DNA of 64,000 bases from Hormiphora californensis (Eukaryota > Animalia > Ctenophora). The stretch is taken from the NCBI GenBank assembly GCA_020137815.1, contig CM035360.1, positions 6,820,001 through 6,884,000 on the forward strand, in the 5' to 3' direction. A program made the translations under genes and the position numbers. How positions within the stretch are numbered: position 1 is the first letter of the stretch; every line of letters starts with the position of its first letter. This document shows, piece by piece, positions 1 to 10,900 of this stretch. The notes below the pieces were generated by a model, which saw nothing but the letters and a program-made list of their open reading frames with translations, was not told the origin of the DNA and ran no database searches.

Positions 1-1300
1 GTGGTAGCGGAGTTAATTCTGGGTTTATCCAGTCTGGTGGGGGCCTTCTGCAGCAACTACACCACCCTACTGGGGGTCCGGTTCTTCCAAGGAATGGGCA
101 TGTTTAACTGTGTTATTGGAAGTTATGTCCTCATCGCAGACTTCATACCCGCCAGGTAATTGCTTAGATATATGAAAGCGGGTGAAACAATAAACGATAT
201 CACTCTAGACAAAATAAGAGTTACCAATCCAAACTAATGCATTCAGGGCCTAATTTCCAGATTTCGCGAGTACCAATTCATTCACTAATCAGGGCCTAAT
301 TTCCAGGTTTCGCGAGTACCAGACAGCCCTCTGTATGGCCTGTATGTCCCTTGGTTTTGGACCCCTCGTTGTCACAGCAACCATAGTCTCCGATTGGAAC
401 AGATCCTACTACGCCATGGTCCTATACACTATCCTGTTCGGTCCTGCCCCTTCTCTGGGTACCAGAGTCTCCTCGGAACCAGCTGGCTGGCTGGCAGGAA
501 GGAGAAAGCAGAGCTAGCAATAAGGAAGTTTGCTAGGTTGAATGGGGTCAAGTGGCAGGGGTTCAAGGATATGGAGAGTGAGGATCAGGAGAGGATGATG
601 GATGGTATAGTTGGACAGTTGAGAACCCTTGTTACCCACCGGGTCCTATTAGTTGGAGACACTCGGACAGATGTTAATCTGGGTGGTGGTCTATGTCACC
701 TTCTTTGGCCTCAACTACGCCTGGGATAAAGCTCCTACCCAGCACCTCTACAGGGTTCCTACTGGCCATGGGTGTCCAACTACTGGCCTACATCTGTCTC
801 ATTCCTACCATGAAGAGAGTGGGAAGAAGGAAATATATGGCAGGTTCATTTCTCCTAGCTGCTCTATTCCTGGGGTGCGGTACTACCGATATAGCTCTGG
901 GAGATGCCGGGTGGTCTGCTGCTAGTGTGGCTAGGATCCTGGCTTTATTCGCAGGTTGCGGGTGCATACAGTGGTATAATGTTGTGGAATGTTGAGCTGC
1001 CCCCTTGCACCCATACCTGGAGCGGTTCCTGGGTATGTGTTCAGCCATCTCCAAATCGTTTGGTCTGGCATGCCCCGCTTTGTTTAGCAGTCTAGCCCTG
1101 AGTTAACAGGTGGGTTCCAGGTTACATTTGGGGTTCTGGCGGGGATGTGTGCTGGAGCAGCTGCTGTCTCTCTAGCTCTATCCGAGACTATGGGCCGTGC
1201 TATTGCCGAGACACCGGAGGAGGTGAAGGCTCGGAGATTGGAGAGGAGAAAGAGAGGAGGAGTTAGAGGGAGTCACCAATGTGTAGCAGACTTGTTCTAA
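1..1300 (+). CDS. MFS transporter, SLC22/organic cation transporter-like (5' partial; several frameshifts)
   Basis: Exon 1-155 reads VVAELILGLSSLVGAFCSNYTTLLGVRFFQGMG...SYVLIADFIPAR; GT-AG intron 156-306. Later pieces in shifting frames give the SLC22/sugar-porter motifs LWVPESPR, KRVGRRK and LSETMGRAIAETPEE, with a stop at 1298-1300. At least one shift falls in a homopolymer (CCCC at ~447-450), so either read errors or a pseudogene. Confidence 0.8.
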
Positions 1301-1617
1301 CCCTCCTTTACATTTGTAAAAGGGTTTCCCGTGTGGGTGAAACAGGGTCAAGCAAGGCAATTATAGCAGACAGAGCTTGGGAGACAAGACTATCAAAGAG
1401 AGAATGTGAGGACGTGAGATAAAGGACTCACATATATTTCAGACTAACAATGTTTTTTTGTTTTATAAAGTTCATTGATGATTCTAACTACGACTTTCAG
1501 TTACTTTTCCGGGGGCCAGTCTGAGAAAACTAAAAGTAATCCCAGTTCAGTGAACATTGAACATTCCACCGATTTTTGTGAACACACAAACTCATATCAG
1601 TAAAATGTTTGAGGTAC

Positions 1618-2538
1618 CTGTTAGGAGCATGTCCATGGCTAGTTTTCTGTTGACAGCTCGACCCAGCTGGACACCAGGGGTGGAACAAAAGAGGCCAATG
1701 TTAACTCCGGGGGTAGCAAACCTAGACCTGGAAATGGAAATCTTGTTTAGCACTGAATTCGGAATTTTTAGCGCTGAATTCAAAATTTTAGCTTGAAAAT
1801 AATTTCTAAACAATAATGTTAGTCATACACCAACCTTACCTGTCTGAGCAGATGGCCATTTGGGATGCAGCGACAAGTTGGCATCCTGCTGCGGTGGCTA
1901 GACCATCCACACTGGCCAGTACTGGTACTGGGTACCTGTTCACCAACTGTAGAGGGGAGAGAGAGGGAGTGAGATACAGTGTAATGTTGGAAACAATTCC
2001 AGATAATAAAATTAATTTCAAGTGTGATAAAAAATGTTTGGCACACAGTAAGCACAGTAATACTAACTCGCTATAAACCTGTCTGGCGCCGCGACCCCAT
2101 TTGAGAATGAAATTTGGGTATGGCGCCGCCATACAGCTATAAGCACCTACCAGCATGAGATCGTTGCACCTACTAAAGACAGCACCCCTTGTTTCTGTAG
2201 AACTAGCTGCCAACTCCTTTAGATCATGTCCCGAACTAAATACTGGCCCTGCCGCCTGCAGAACTATCACTCTAGCACTTCCTGCTTGCTGTCTGGGGAG
2301 GGGGGGGTCATAATTATAAATCTTGTTGAGAAAATGGGGGGGGACTTTCTTTTATACCAGGATTGATTCCTGTTAAAACTTACTCTAAGTTTTCAATGAT
2401 ACTATTGAGCATTTCCAAAGAGAGAGCGTTTCTGCGGGATGGGTTGTTTAGTGTTACTGTAGTGACGTTTCCCACTGTCTCTGCTGTTGACAGGAACCTG
2501 GCGGTATGGCCCACCAGGCGGTGTCGTAGTGATAACAT
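1618..2538 (-). CDS. ECHDC3: Enoyl-CoA hydratase domain-containing protein 3, mitochondrial (3' exons not found in window)
   Basis: Exons 2538-2384, 2292-2151, 1946-1840, 1727-1618, all GT-AG and phase-consistent. Motifs: [70 protein letters not shown]; Arg/Ser-rich presequence-like N-terminus. Confidence 0.88.
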
Positions 2539-2721
2539 CCTATTGCACAGGGAAGGGGTGGTTATGAGTCCTGTACTCATACGGGAAAGTTGCGAAAATT
2601 AAATCGTAAATTGCTGGATATAATTTCTGGTTTTCGGGGAAAAAATTGATTAAATAATTGTCACGTAAGCTAAAAACACAAAACTATAAAAACTAGAAAA
2701 CTAAAAACATCTTCTTCTTCA

Positions 2722-4050
2722 TCATTGGGATCTCCATTTCTTGACAACATTCCTCAATTCTGTGATAACGACTGCAGCATCGGGCGCCTTCACAACTGCA
2801 CTACCTGAACAAGAGAGGAGTGATGTTATTGGCATTGTGATCCACTAATGGTTCCTTGGGGTTTTCTAATTGGTCCTAATTGGTACCTGATACAATCATG
2901 TTCGCTCCCGCCTTCGCTGCTTGTTCAATTGTTGCAGGAGACAACCCACCATCCACTTCAATGTTACTGTCAGGGTGATTCTTCCGCAGAAACTTGACCT
3001 GTAGTGAGACGTGATTAATGATGACAAACCTGATTCCTGAACCAGGGTCCCAGAAACCGGATCTAAAACGCGCATATTTTGAATGATCCGCGCGCAGAAT
3101 TGCGCATAGTTTGTATCAGTCGTTGCACCGCGCCCTCCGTTTACAGCAAGAAAAACAGCGTGAGTGTGTGACTTTGGGCCATAGCTGGATCACCAAAATC
3201 AGAATTCCGAAACTCAACTCATAACAACCAATTGGGGGATAGATTATTACCTTACTCATCATGTCAGACATGAATTTCTGTCCTCCAAATCCGGGTTCCA
3301 CGGTCATTACCAAACACACATCGAGAGAGGGAGCTAGAGTGGAGAGTGGCTCAACTTCTGTTTTCGGTTTAATACCACAACCTGGCTGCAAATATTGGAG
3401 GAAGAATTAAAATAAAAAAATAATTTCATGTTAGCAGGTCTGGGGTTCGGAAAATTTTCCTTGCTCGACCCTGTTCCAATTCGGTAAAATAAAATGGGTT
3501 TGAACAAAACAAGGAAAAATACAGTATAACGTACCTTCATCCCCGCATCCTTGATTTTCTGAACAGTAGCAGCAGGATCACTGCTAGCCTCAATATGAAA
3601 CGTATAGATATCAGCTCCTGCTTTAGCGAAATCCCCAATCCACTGGTCTGGGTTAGATACCATCATATGTACCTCAAATGTGACCCCTGGAAACTTGTCT
3701 CTTAGACACGCTACTACAGGGGCACCTGACAGGAGGGGGTGTGTGAGGGAGGGAAAAACAACCAACACAGAACCCATAATGGAGCTCCACTTCCAATACC
3801 CGGCAAGACAGTAGTTGCGTTTGTGAGAGAGTGAATCAAAACCCATGGAGATATAGATAATAGAGATAGGTAGTGGGGACATAATCTTCTTACCGAATGT
3901 TAGGTTAGGTACAAAGTGACCATCCATTACATCTAGATGCAGATAGTCAGCCCCCGCATCAAGTAATCTCTGACATTCCTCTGTTAGTCGTGAGAGGTCG
4001 GCATTCAGGATTGAAGGTCCTATCATACATCCCCCCTTGCAGTAACCCAT
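2722..4050 (-). CDS. RPE: Ribulose-phosphate 3-epimerase
   Basis: Five phase-consistent exons 4050-3894, 3725-3535, 3385-3251, 2998-2887, 2804-2722. Motifs: [65 protein letters not shown]. Confidence 0.97.
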
Positions 4051-4854
4051 TCTGATATCATGGTGTTGTTTAAGTAGATGGTGGGGAAATGGGAGTATTG
4101 GGGGAATATTGGGGAAATATAGGGGGCAACAGGGATATTTGTTTGGAGAATATTGGGGGCGACATGGCTTTGATATATGGGGATATTTATTTGGAGAATA
4201 TTGGTGTGAGAGAAGACGAAGAAAAACTCGATAACTACCAGTTAAAGTGTAAAATAACGTCAAATAATTGTACGCCTATCGAAAGTGAAAACAACAATCA
4301 TACTACTTACTATTCAAATTGTCAGTGCTACATCACCTAGCAACTACACCTGCACGTGCAATTATTAGAGCAACTTAGAAACCTCACTCCCAGTTGCAGT
4401 TTTGGGTACCAAGGGGAAATTCAATTCTGCACGTGCATTCTTTTACTTCTGTCCTGATGTCTAGCTCTTCCACCCCAAGCGCTATTCGGCAACGGTCATC
4501 TGGGTCCGGAAGATCTGCTGCTGTCAGAGAGCAGGCTAGAGAATATGACAGATTACGCCAACGTGTTCAAGCCAATCAACGACTACGGATAGCTTTACCC
4601 AACGTCGCCCAAGGGTGATTACTCCAGTCGAATATAGAAATCTCCGAATCGGGTGCATAGCGGCCAAGTTTTCACGTGATGAATTTCTGGAACAGCACTG
4701 TACCTCCATGACATTGATCTCTTAATTCGCACCTTGACATTGTCAGGAAGCCCAGAGCGTTAACACAACATGGGTAGGGAGAGAGTGAGAGATAGGCTAG
4801 ACCGGATGGTGCAGGTGATGTCAGCGTTCCCCTAATCCAGCTACCCTTTCCCCG

Positions 4855-4887
4855 AAATTCGCCCGTAGGGCGAACGGGCCTACTAGT
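4855..4887 (+). mobile_element. Helitron-like 3' terminus (hairpin + CTAG)
   Basis: TTCGCCC-GTA-GGGCGAA and GCCCGT...ACGGGC hairpins followed within a few bases by CTAG|T, the typical Helitron 3' end. The 5' end was not identified. Confidence 0.4.
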
Positions 4888-4963
4888 TCAAACAATAGAG
4901 ATTGTCTACTTAGAAATATTCCCGAAATTTTCCATATTGATCCGTAAAATATTTGAACAATTT

Positions 4964-7900
4964 TCACAGTTCACATTTTCTCCAATAAAAAAGTATCAAG
5001 TTCACTCTGTAACAAGTTGTACCCACCACTTTCGTGGGGGAAAGTTTTTTTAGGATAAGGAGGTCAAAGTGGGAAGTTTTTTAAAAAAAGGGAGAAAAGG
5101 GAAATTTGAGTTTAAAAAAAAAATTTGGAAGTTTTTAAAGTGGGGGCAAAAAGTTTTAGAGATAAGGAGGTCAAAGGGGAAAATTTTTAGAGTAAGGAGG
5201 GGCAAAAAGGGGAAAGGGTTTTTTTGAGATTAGAGGGGCAAAGGGGAAAGTTTCTTGAGATAAGGGGGCAAATGAAAAAATTTCTTAGGATAAGGGAAAA
5301 AAATTTTTTAGGAAAAGGGGGGGAAAAGGGAAAGTTTCAAAAAATTTTGGGGGTGGGGGGAAAGGTTTTTAGATAAGGAGGGTCAAAGTGGGAAAATTTT
5401 TTTTTTAAAGGGGGGGGGTAGGTTTTTAGATTTAAGGGGGGGGTCAAAATGGGAAAGTTTCTTAGGAAAAGGGGGAAAAGGGGAAAATTTTAAAAAAAAG
5501 GGGAAAGGGGTTTTTTAAAATAAGGAGGGGAAAGGGGAAAATTTCGAAAAGGGGGGGGAAAATTCTTAAAAAAGGGGGGAAAGGGGAAATTTTTTTAAAA
5601 AGGGGGTTTAAAATGGGAAAATTTTTTAGAATAAAAAAAAAAAAAATTTTTAAGATAAGGGAAATTTCTTTGAAAAGGAGGTCAAAGTAGCAAAGTTTCT
5701 TAGAGATAACGAGGGTCAAAGTGGGAAAGTTTCTTAGAGATAAGGAGGGTCAAAGTGAAAAAGTTTCTTAGAGATAAGGGAAAGTTTCTTAGAGATAAGG
5801 AGGGTCAAAGTGAAAAAGTTTCTTAGCCATAAGGGAAAGTTTCTTAGAGATAAGGAGGGTCAAAGTGGCAAAGTTTCTTAAAGATAAGGAGGTCAAAGTG
5901 GCAAAGTTTCTTAGAGATAAGGACTGTCAAAGTGGCAAAGTTTCTAAGAGATAAGGACTGTCAAAATGGGAAAGTTTCTTAGAGATAAGGAGGGTCAAAG
6001 TGGCAAAGTTTCTTAAAGATAAGGAGGTCAAAGTGGCAAAGTTTCTTAGAGATAAGGAGGGTCAAAGTAAAAAAGTTTCTTAGAGATAAGGAGGGTCAAA
6101 GTGGTAAAGTTTCTTAGAGATTAGAAGGGTCAAAGTGGGAAAGTTTCTTGGAGATAAGGCGGGTCAAAGTGAAAAAGTTTCTTAGAGATAAGGGAAAGTT
6201 TCTTAGAGATAAGGAGGGTCAAAGTGGGAAAGTTTCTTAGAGATAAGGAGGGTCAAAGTGGTAAAGTTTCTTAGAGATTGGAAGGGTCAAAGTGGGAAAG
6301 TTTCTGAGAGATAAGGAGGGTCAAAGTGGGAAGGTTTCTTAGAGATAAGGAGGGTCAAAGTGGGAAAGTTTCTTAGAGATAAGGAGGGTCAAAGTGGGAA
6401 AGTTTCTTAGAGATAAGGACTGTCAAAATGGGAAAGTTTCTTAGAGATAAGGAGGGTCAAAGTGGCAAAGTTTCTTAAAGATAAGGAGGTCAAAGTGGCA
6501 AAGTTTCTTAGAGATAAGGAGGGTCAAAGTGGGAAAGTTTCTTAGAGATAAGGAGGGTCAAAGTGGTAAAGTTTCTTAGAGATTAGAAGGGTCAAAGTGG
6601 GAAAGTTTCTTGGAGATAAGGCGGGTCAAAGTGAAAAAGTTTCTTAGAGATAAGGGAAAGTTTCTTAGAGATAAGGAGGGTCAAAGTGGCAAAGTTTCTG
6701 AGAGATAAGGAGGGTCAAAGTGGGAAGGTTTCTTAGAGATAAGGAGGGTCAAAGTGGGAAAGTTTCTTAGAGATAAGGAGGGTCAAAGTGAGAAAGTTTC
6801 TTAGATATAAGGAGGGTCAAAGTGGGAAAGTTTCTTAGAGATAAGGAGGGTCAAAGTGGTAAAGTTTCTTAGAGATTGGAAGGGTCAAAGTGGGAAAGTT
6901 TCTTAGAGATAAGGAGGGTCAAAGTGGGAAAGTTTCTTAGAGATAAGGAGGGTCAGTGGGAAAGCTTCTTAGAGATAAGGAGGGTCAAAGTGGGAAAGTT
7001 TCTTAGAGATAAGGAGGGTCAAAGTGGGAAAGTTTCTTAGAGATAAGGAGGGTCAAAGTGAAAAAGTTTCTTAGAGATAAGGGAAAGTTTCTTAGAGATA
7101 AGGAGGGTCAAATTGGGAAAGTTTCTTAGAGATAAGGAGGGTCAAAGTAGCAAAGTTTCTTAGAGATAACGAGGGTCAAAGTGGGAAAGTTTCTTAGAGA
7201 TAAGGAGGGTCAAAGTGAAAAAGTTTCTTAGAGATAAGGGAAAGTTTCTTAGAGATAAGGAGGGTCAAAGTGAAAAAGTTTCTTAGCCATAAGGGAAAGT
7301 TTCTTAGAGATAAGGAGGGTCAAAGTGGGAAAGTTTCTTAGAGATTAGGAGGGTCAAAGTGGCAAAGTTTCTTAAAGATAAGGAGGTCAAAGTGGCAAAG
7401 TTTCTTAGAGATAAGGACTGTCAAAATGGGAAAGTTTCTTAGAGATAAGGAGGGTCAAAGTGGCAAAGTTTCTTAAAGATAAGGAGGTCAAAGTGGTAAA
7501 GTTTCTTAGAGATTAGGAAGGGTCAAAGTGGGAAAGTTTCTTAGAGATAAGGAAGGTCAAAGTGGGAAAGTTTCTTAGAGATAAGGAGGGTCAGTGGGAA
7601 AGTTTCTTAGAGATAAGGAGGGTCAAAGTGGGAAAGTTTCTTAGAGATAAGGAGGGTCAAAGTGGGAAGGTTTCTTAGAGATAAGGAGGGTCAAAGTGGG
7701 AAAGTTTCTTAGAGATAAGGAGGGTCAAAGTGAGAAAGTTTCTTAGATATAAGGAGGGTCAAAGTGGGAAAGTTTCTTAGAGATAAGGAGGGTCAAAGTG
7801 GTAAAGTTTCTTAGAGATTAGAAGGGTCAAAGTGGGAAAGTTTCTTAGAGATAAGGAGGGTCAAAGTGGGAAAGTTTCTTAGAGATAAGGAGGGTCAAAG

Positions 7901-10900
7901 TGGGAAAGTTTCTTAGAGATAAGGAGGGTCAAAGTGGGAAAGTTTCTTAGAGATAAGGAGGGTCAAAGTGAAAAAGTTTCTTAGAGATAAGGGAAAGTTT
8001 CTTAGAGATAAGGAGGGTCAAATTGGGAAAGTTTCTTAGAGATAAGGAGGGTCAAAGTAGCAAAGTTTCTTAGAGATAACGAGGGTCAAAGTGGGAAAGT
8101 TTCTTAGAGATAAGGAGGGTCAAAGTGAAAAAGTTTCTTAGAGATAAGGGAAAGTTTCTTAGAGATAAGGAGGGTCAAAGTGAAAAAGTTTCTTAGCCAT
8201 AAGGGAAAGTTTCTTAGAGATAAGGAGGGTCAAAGTGGGAAAGTTTCTTAGAGATTAGGAGGGTCAAAGTGGCAAAGTTTCTTAAAGATAAGGAGGTCAA
8301 AGTGGCAAAGTTTCTTAGAGATAAGGACTGTCAAAATGGGAAAGTTTCTTAGAGATAAGGAGGGTCAAAGTGGCAAAGTTTCTTAAAGATAAGGAGGTCA
8401 AAGTGGTAAAGTTTCTTAGAGATTGGAAGGGTCAAAGTGGGAAAGTTTCTTAGAGATAAGGAAGGTCAAAGTGGGAAAGTTTCTTAGAGATAAGGAGGGT
8501 CAGTGGGAAAGTTTCTTAGAGATAAGGAGGGTCAAAGTGGGAAAGTTTCTTAGAGATAAGGAGGGTCAAAGTGGGAAAGTTTCTTAGAGATAAGGAGGGT
8601 CAAAGTGAAAAAGTTTCTTAGAGATAAGGGAAAGTTTCTTAGAGATAAGGAGGGTCAAATTGGGAAAGTTTCTTAGAGATAAGGAGGGTCAAAGTAGCAA
8701 AGTTTCTTAGAGATAACGAGGGTCAAAGTGGGAAAGTTTCTTAGAGATAAGGAGGGTCAAAGTGAAAAAGTTTCTTAGAGATAAGGGAAAGTTTCTTAGA
8801 GATAAGGAGGGTCAAAGTGAAAAAGTTTCTTAGCCATAAGGGAAAGTTTCTTAGAGATAAGGAGGGTCAAAGTGGGAAAGTTTCTTAGAGATTAGGAGGG
8901 TCAAAGTGGCAAAGTTTCTTAAAGATAAGGAGGTCAAAGTGGCAAAGTTTCTTAGAGATAAGGACTGTCAAAATGGGAAAGTTTCTTAGAGATAAGGAGG
9001 GTCAAAGTGAAAAAGTTTCTTAAAGATAAGGAGGTCAAAGTGGCAAAGTTTCTTAGAGATAAGGAGGGTCAAAGTGGCAAAGTTTCTTAGAGATAAGGAG
9101 GGTCAAAGTGGTAAAGTTTCTTAGAGATTAGAAGGGTCAAAGTGGGAAAGTTTCTTGGAGATAAGGCGGGTCAAAGTGAAAAAGTTTCTTAGAGATAAGG
9201 GAAAGTTTCTTAGAGATAAGGAGGGTCAAAGTGGCAAAGTTTCTGAGAGATAAGGAGGGTCAAAGTGGGAAGGTTTCTTAGAGATAAGGAGGGTCAAAGT
9301 GGGAAAGTTTCTTAGAGATAAGGAGGGTCAAAGTGAGAAAGTTTCTTAGATATAAGGAGGGTCAAAGTGGGAAAGTTTCTTAGAGATAAGGAGGGTCAAA
9401 GTGGTAAAGTTTCTTAGAGATTAGAAGGGTCAAAGTGGGAAAGTTTCTTAGAGATAAGGAGGGTCAAAGTGGGAAAGTTTCTTAGAGATAAGGAGGGTCA
9501 AAGTGGGAAAGTTTCTTAGAGATAAGGAGGGTCAAAGTGGGAAAGTTTCTTAGAGATAAGGAGGGTCAAAGTGAAAAAGTTTCTTAGAGATAAGGGAAAG
9601 TTTCTTAGAGATAAGGAGGGTCAAATTGGGAAAGTTTCTTAGAGATAAGGAGGGTCAAAGTGGCAAAGTTTCTTAGAGATAACGAGGGTCAAAGTGGGAA
9701 AGTTTCTTAGAGATAAGGAGGGTCAAAGTGAAAAAGTTTCTTAGAGATAAGGGAAAGTTTCTTAGAGATAAGGAGGGTCAAAGTGAAAAAGTTTCTTAGA
9801 GATAAGGGAAAGTTTCTTAGAGATAAGGAGGGTCAAAGTGGGAAAGTTTCTTAGAGATTAGGAGGGTCAAAGCGGCAAAGTTTCTTAGAGATAAGGAGGG
9901 TCAAAGTGGCAAAGTTTCTTTAAGATAAGGAGGTCAAAGTGGCAAAGTTTCTTAGAGATAAGGAGGGTAAAAGTGGCAAAGTTTCTTAGAGATAAGGAGG
10001 GTCAAAGTGGGAAGGTTTCTTAGAGATAAGGAGGGTCAAAGTGGGAAAGTTTCTTAGAGATAAGGAGGGTCAAAGTGGGAAAGTTTCTTAGAGATAAGGA
10101 GGGTCAAAGTGGGAAAGTTTCTTAGAGATAAGGAGGGTCAAAGTGGCAAAGTTTCTTAAAGATAAGGAGGTCAAAGTGGCAAAGTTTCTTAGAGATAAGG
10201 AGGGTCAAAGTGGGAAAGTTTCTTAGAGATAAAGAGAGTCAAAATGGAAAAGTTTCTTAGAGATAAAGAGGGTCAAAGTGGAAAAGTTTCTTAGAGATTA
10301 GGAGGGTCAAAGTGGAAAAGTTTCTTAGCGATTAGGAGGGTCAAAGTGGAAAAGTTTCTTAGAGATTAGGAGGTCAAAGTGGAAAAGTTTCTTAGAGATT
10401 TGGAGGTCAAAGTGGAAAATTTTCTTAGAGATTAGGAGGGTCAAAGTGGAAAAGTTTCTTAGAGATTAGGAGGTCAAAGTAGAAAAGTTTCTTAGCGATT
10501 AGGAGGTCAAAGTGGGAAAGTTTCTTAGAGATTGAGGTCAAAGTGGGAAAGTTTCTTAGAGATTTGGAGGTCAAAGTGGAAAAGTTTCTTAGCGATTAGG
10601 AGGGTCAAAGTGGAAAAGTTTCTTAGAGATAAGGAGGGTCAAAGTGGGAAAGTTTCTTAGAGATAAAGAGGGTCAAAGTGAAAAAGTTTCTTAGAGATAA
10701 GGAGGGTCAAAGTGGGAAAGTTTCTTAGAGATAAGGAGGGTCAGAGTGGGAAAGTTTCTTAGAGATAAGGAGGGTCAAAGTGAAAAAGTTTCTTAGAGAT
10801 AAGGAGGGTCAAAGTGGGAAAGTTTCTTAGAGATAAGGAGGGTCAGAGTGGGAAAGTCTCTTAGAGATAAGGAGGATCAAAGTGGGAAAGTTTCTTAGAG

